A stretch of DNA of 64,000 nt from Raillietiella orientalis (taxonomy: Eukaryota): NCBI GenBank assembly GCA_036172245.1, contig JAYWIR010000033.1, positions 496,001 to 560,000 on the forward strand, given 5' to 3'. The translations under genes and the position numbers were made by a program. Position 1 is the first letter of the stretch. Every line of letters starts with the position of its first letter. Below, piece after piece: positions 60,881-64,000 of the stretch. The notes under the pieces were generated by a model. The model was not told where the DNA came from and did no database searches. It saw only the letters and a list, made by a program, of their open reading frames with translations.

Positions 60881-61069
60881 GCCTCCGTGGGGGCGGTTAC
60901 CTTCACCTCCGTGGGTTGGGGAGAGGAGCAAGCCTCTCCCCCTCCTATATCCATCGCGGTGTCCTCAGGCATTTCTGCCATTGGACACCGCAGATGCTTT
61001 ACACACAAACACAATCGAAATCAACCGCTTTACACCAGGCGCGGAAGAGCGCTACAAAAACACGTCCGC

Positions 61070-63422
61070 ACGCCAAGTTGATAGCAGGGCTATGGGCTTC
61101 GCGTCTGGGGCAGGTGGCAGAATCCATAATTAGCCCGGAGCAGACTTACGCTGTTTCCGGGCGAAGTACGGATGCCAACCTCTTCTTTGCGAGCACATGG
61201 ATGCACGTGCAGAGGTGTCAAAAGGAAGGGAAAGGAAAAATCGGCAACCATACTTTGGGGCCGTAAGCAGGACAGGGAATACAATCAAGGGCGGGGTAGG
61301 GGGCCTTAGCGCTCGCAGTCGATCTCTATAAGGCGTTCGAGTGTGTTGACGAGGAGCCTTTGTTGGAGCTCCTGGGTCGCATGGGCTTCCCAACCTCCCT
61401 ACTGACCTACCTGCGCTCTTGCTGGCGCAGCGCGCTGATCAATATCTCTTTCAGAGGACAAATAGCGTACTGCGTGCCGGTACGGCGGAAAATACGGCAG
61501 GGCGACAGCCTCAGTCCCCTGCTCTTTAGCACCTACTTTGAGTTGGTGCTGAGAGCGTATAGGGTGACGTTGGCCCCCTTGCCGAGCTCGTGCCCCTGCA
61601 CGCCCGCCGTAGCAGCGTACGCCGACGATCTTCTGCTCTTGTTGCCGATGTCCACACCGGCAAAGGCAGTCGACGATTTCTTCGACCTGCTTAACCGCGG
61701 AACCGGACTGTAGGTTAACAAGAAGAAGTCGTCGGTGGTGCCAGTCGGTGCGACGTGGACTGGGCAGCAGGACTGGGTCCGTTTGGGAATCCCCTCGGCG
61801 AGGTGCTTGAAGTACCTCGATGTGCTGTTGGGGGATTACTCCCCTTCGGATGCGTGGTTCGGCAGCCTCCAAAAAGTGGAAACGGCAATCGGCCCGTTCT
61901 TGGAAGACAAGTTCCTGATTCCGGAACGGGCCGCGGTGTCGAACTCCTTTGCGGCTTCCATCCTCCGCCCCCTATTTTTTGTTTGCTCCGTCCTCAGAGA
62001 CATGAAAAAAAGAACGAAGAACCTCCTGAGGATTGCACTTTGGGGAAGAGGGAGGCCTCGAGTCCAGTTGAAGGACTTGTGTGCTCCACGACGGGATACC
62101 GGTCTGGGCCTCTTGACGGTGGAGAGAGTAGAAATCCAGCTGCGATGGCGCACCCTGGCCATCGCAGCGAAGTTATGGAGCACCCCATGGTGCGTTCCGG
62201 CCCGACTCCTTGCCAGCCGTGTATCCGGAACGGAGGGTCTCGCGTCTCATCTTCTGTGCCGCGGCTCGAAGATCAAGAGATGCGGACTCCTCCTGGGACG
62301 CATGGCAACCCTGGCAAAGGAAAACGGCTGGGTGGAATGCAGCCCCGCCAACTCCTCCGCATGGCTGGAGGAGACCGCTGGCACGTGGAGGAAGATAAAC
62401 CAGAAGAACGGAGAGATATGGAAGTGCCTGCGACGCGGCGGCTATTCCCGCTGCACTCTGCGCAAGATACTCCAGTGTCCCGCTAGAAGCACGTGGGCAG
62501 AGACAACCCCCCTAGCTACGGCGATGCCCTTCCTGAGGAAAGCGCTCTCCAGCAGCCGCAAGCCTAGGTGCCAAGTCTCCTGCCATATCGCAGGCAAGGA
62601 GAAGTTGATAAGCGGCTGGTCCACGGGGTGACTGGCGGACGCCACTTCTCCCAGTGTCCAGCCGAGAGGACATCAGAGATGGGGCGAGCTACTCGGCATC
62701 CAGCCGGATGACCTGAAGTGTCCCCCGGTATGAATTGGTTCTAGGGTCCAACCCCTGAAGTGGCAGGAGTCGGCGCTTCTGTTGTTGCATTGGGGTCTAC
62801 CCTGCAACGCACGCCGCCACCACTGGACCCGGGGTCGAGTAGATCCTACCTGCATCAGGTGTGGGGAACGGAAAACTCTCCCCCACCTCCTTGTTGATTG
62901 TGCTGCCCTCCGACCCCTGTGGGAACGTCTTCGTGCCTCCCTACGGATCCAGGAGGGCAGCCAGCGCAGAGACGTTTTTCGGCTTCTGTTCGTGCATGAT
63001 GCGCTGCGTCCAGCCGCTACCCTGGCTGCACTTTGCTGTGTACGCGGGATTGTGACGTGCTGGAGCAACGTCGGAAGACCGAGCCACGACAGGGATGCCG
63101 TCGTACTTGCAGTTCGCTACCTGCGGATTGTGACCATATGGCCCCACCTGGGAATTATACGGACGCACCTTGAAGGCATCCTGCGAAGGATGGACCCTCC
63201 TCCCAGTGGTCAGTGATCCCTCCCCAACCCTCCCAAATCTTTTTATTTTTATGTTTTGTTTTTCTTTTTGTTTTTTCCACCACCCCCTTCCGCTGCCGAG
63301 GAGAGTCGCGCCGGTCTGCGTACCGGCGACCCGGCAGGTCCAGTTGAGTTGGCCGTAGTGGGGCCTCGTATCACGAATCAAAGGGAATTTTTAATAAACG
63401 CCCCGGCGTGACCAAGTGGCAA
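61070..63422 (+). mobile_element. Level-1 host, segment 4: RT 3' half, C-terminal CCHC motif, 3' UTR, terminal motif
   Basis: Resumes AKLIAGLWASRLG; ORFs 61360..61713 (RQGDSLSP, YADD), 61735..62631 and 62782..63216 (CIRC..HLLVDC). Confidence 0.9.
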
Positions 63423-64000
63423 CTAGTAACTTGGCGTTCGTATTCACGATCGTGATCCGACGCCAGTTCTTCAAATCTCTGAGGTCTCCCCTTTTCGGAA
63501 GACGCCTCACTCCCGCTGACCGAAACGAGGCGGGAACCTCGCCTTCGTCTCGTATCATCCTTGTCATCTGAAGCAGCAGGGGTGCCAGCTCTTCCGCGAA
63601 GCTCTGATAGAACTCCGCGAGCAAGCCGACTTTCTTAGGAGCTTTCCGCCTCTTGAGCCTTTTGATACCTAAGAGAATTTCGCCGGTGGTAAAAGGCTCC
63701 TCGAAGCTATTGCCGCGGCACCATCCGGAAGCAAGAGCCGAGAAGCATCTTGATCAGGGGGCGCCCTGGCGTAAAGGGAGGAATAATAACTCCGCACGAG
63801 ATGCCGTACCGACGCCGGGGACGAACACTCCCTGCCCTGATCGTCCAGCAAGCAGGCCGACCCGGATTGCCAGGCTTGACGTTCGGCCCCGGCGCGGTAC
63901 TCGGCCAGGCGACGGACATTAGGGGTTCGCTCGTACCTACGGACCTGTGAATAGACCCCATAATTGCGAGGACCCTCGACGAATCCGGGGGGCAAGCGGT
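63423..64000 (-). mobile_element. Level-0 outer family B host, ORF2 linker up to RT NAK; continues beyond the window
   Basis: ORFs 63669..63995 and 63391..63624: YYSSLYA, AEFYQ, WRRITIVNTNAKLL. Confidence 0.87.

Larger units (their letters stand above)
54758..61069 (-). mobile_element. Level-2 family B element, interrupted and partly deleted (pieces 61069-60158 ORF1, 59000-58390 RT, 56837-54758 RT to 3' end)
   Basis: Terminal hairpin at 54758-54787; 5' motif at 61067; flanks ACGCTAAGTTCCTAG (54743) and ACGCCAAGTTGATAG (61070). Confidence 0.8.

Noticed and set aside
63400..63427. Hairpin followed by CTAG (also reversed at 54754), resembling a Helitron 3' end
   Set aside because: The CTAG aligns with host RT sequence in the target duplication (compare 61070-61084). 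Other termini lack it, and no Rep/helicase sequence is seen.

Overview
Eukaryotic, gene-poor repeat region made almost entirely of decayed non-LTR retrotransposons of L1/Tx1-like architecture (gag-like ORF1 with CCHC knuckles; ORF2 = APE endonuclease + RT + C-terminal Cys motif). Two families are present. Family A has three ORF1 knuckles and the RT motif YADDLLFF. Family B has several subfamilies, two knuckles and YADDLLLLL. No fully intact element, host gene, rRNA, tRNA or CRISPR array could be supported. The main observation is the order behind the fragments. From about 30.9 to 64 kb the sequence resolves into a four-level nest in which each insertion lies antisense to the element it interrupts, and host reading frames resume after degenerate 9-15 bp target duplications. 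Two insertion sites are reused at the same codon in different host copies (EN AQE|I, RT DAK). A family A head-to-tail dimer is delimited by three copies of one palindromic target. Elements end in AATAAA plus a GC hairpin with no real poly(A). A 6.5 kb part of the family A dimer is also present as an inverted duplicate with a nearly identical core and more diverged edges. The 7-21 kb stretch is AT-richer and holds only old relics. All alignments were done by eye, and relic boundaries are approximate.
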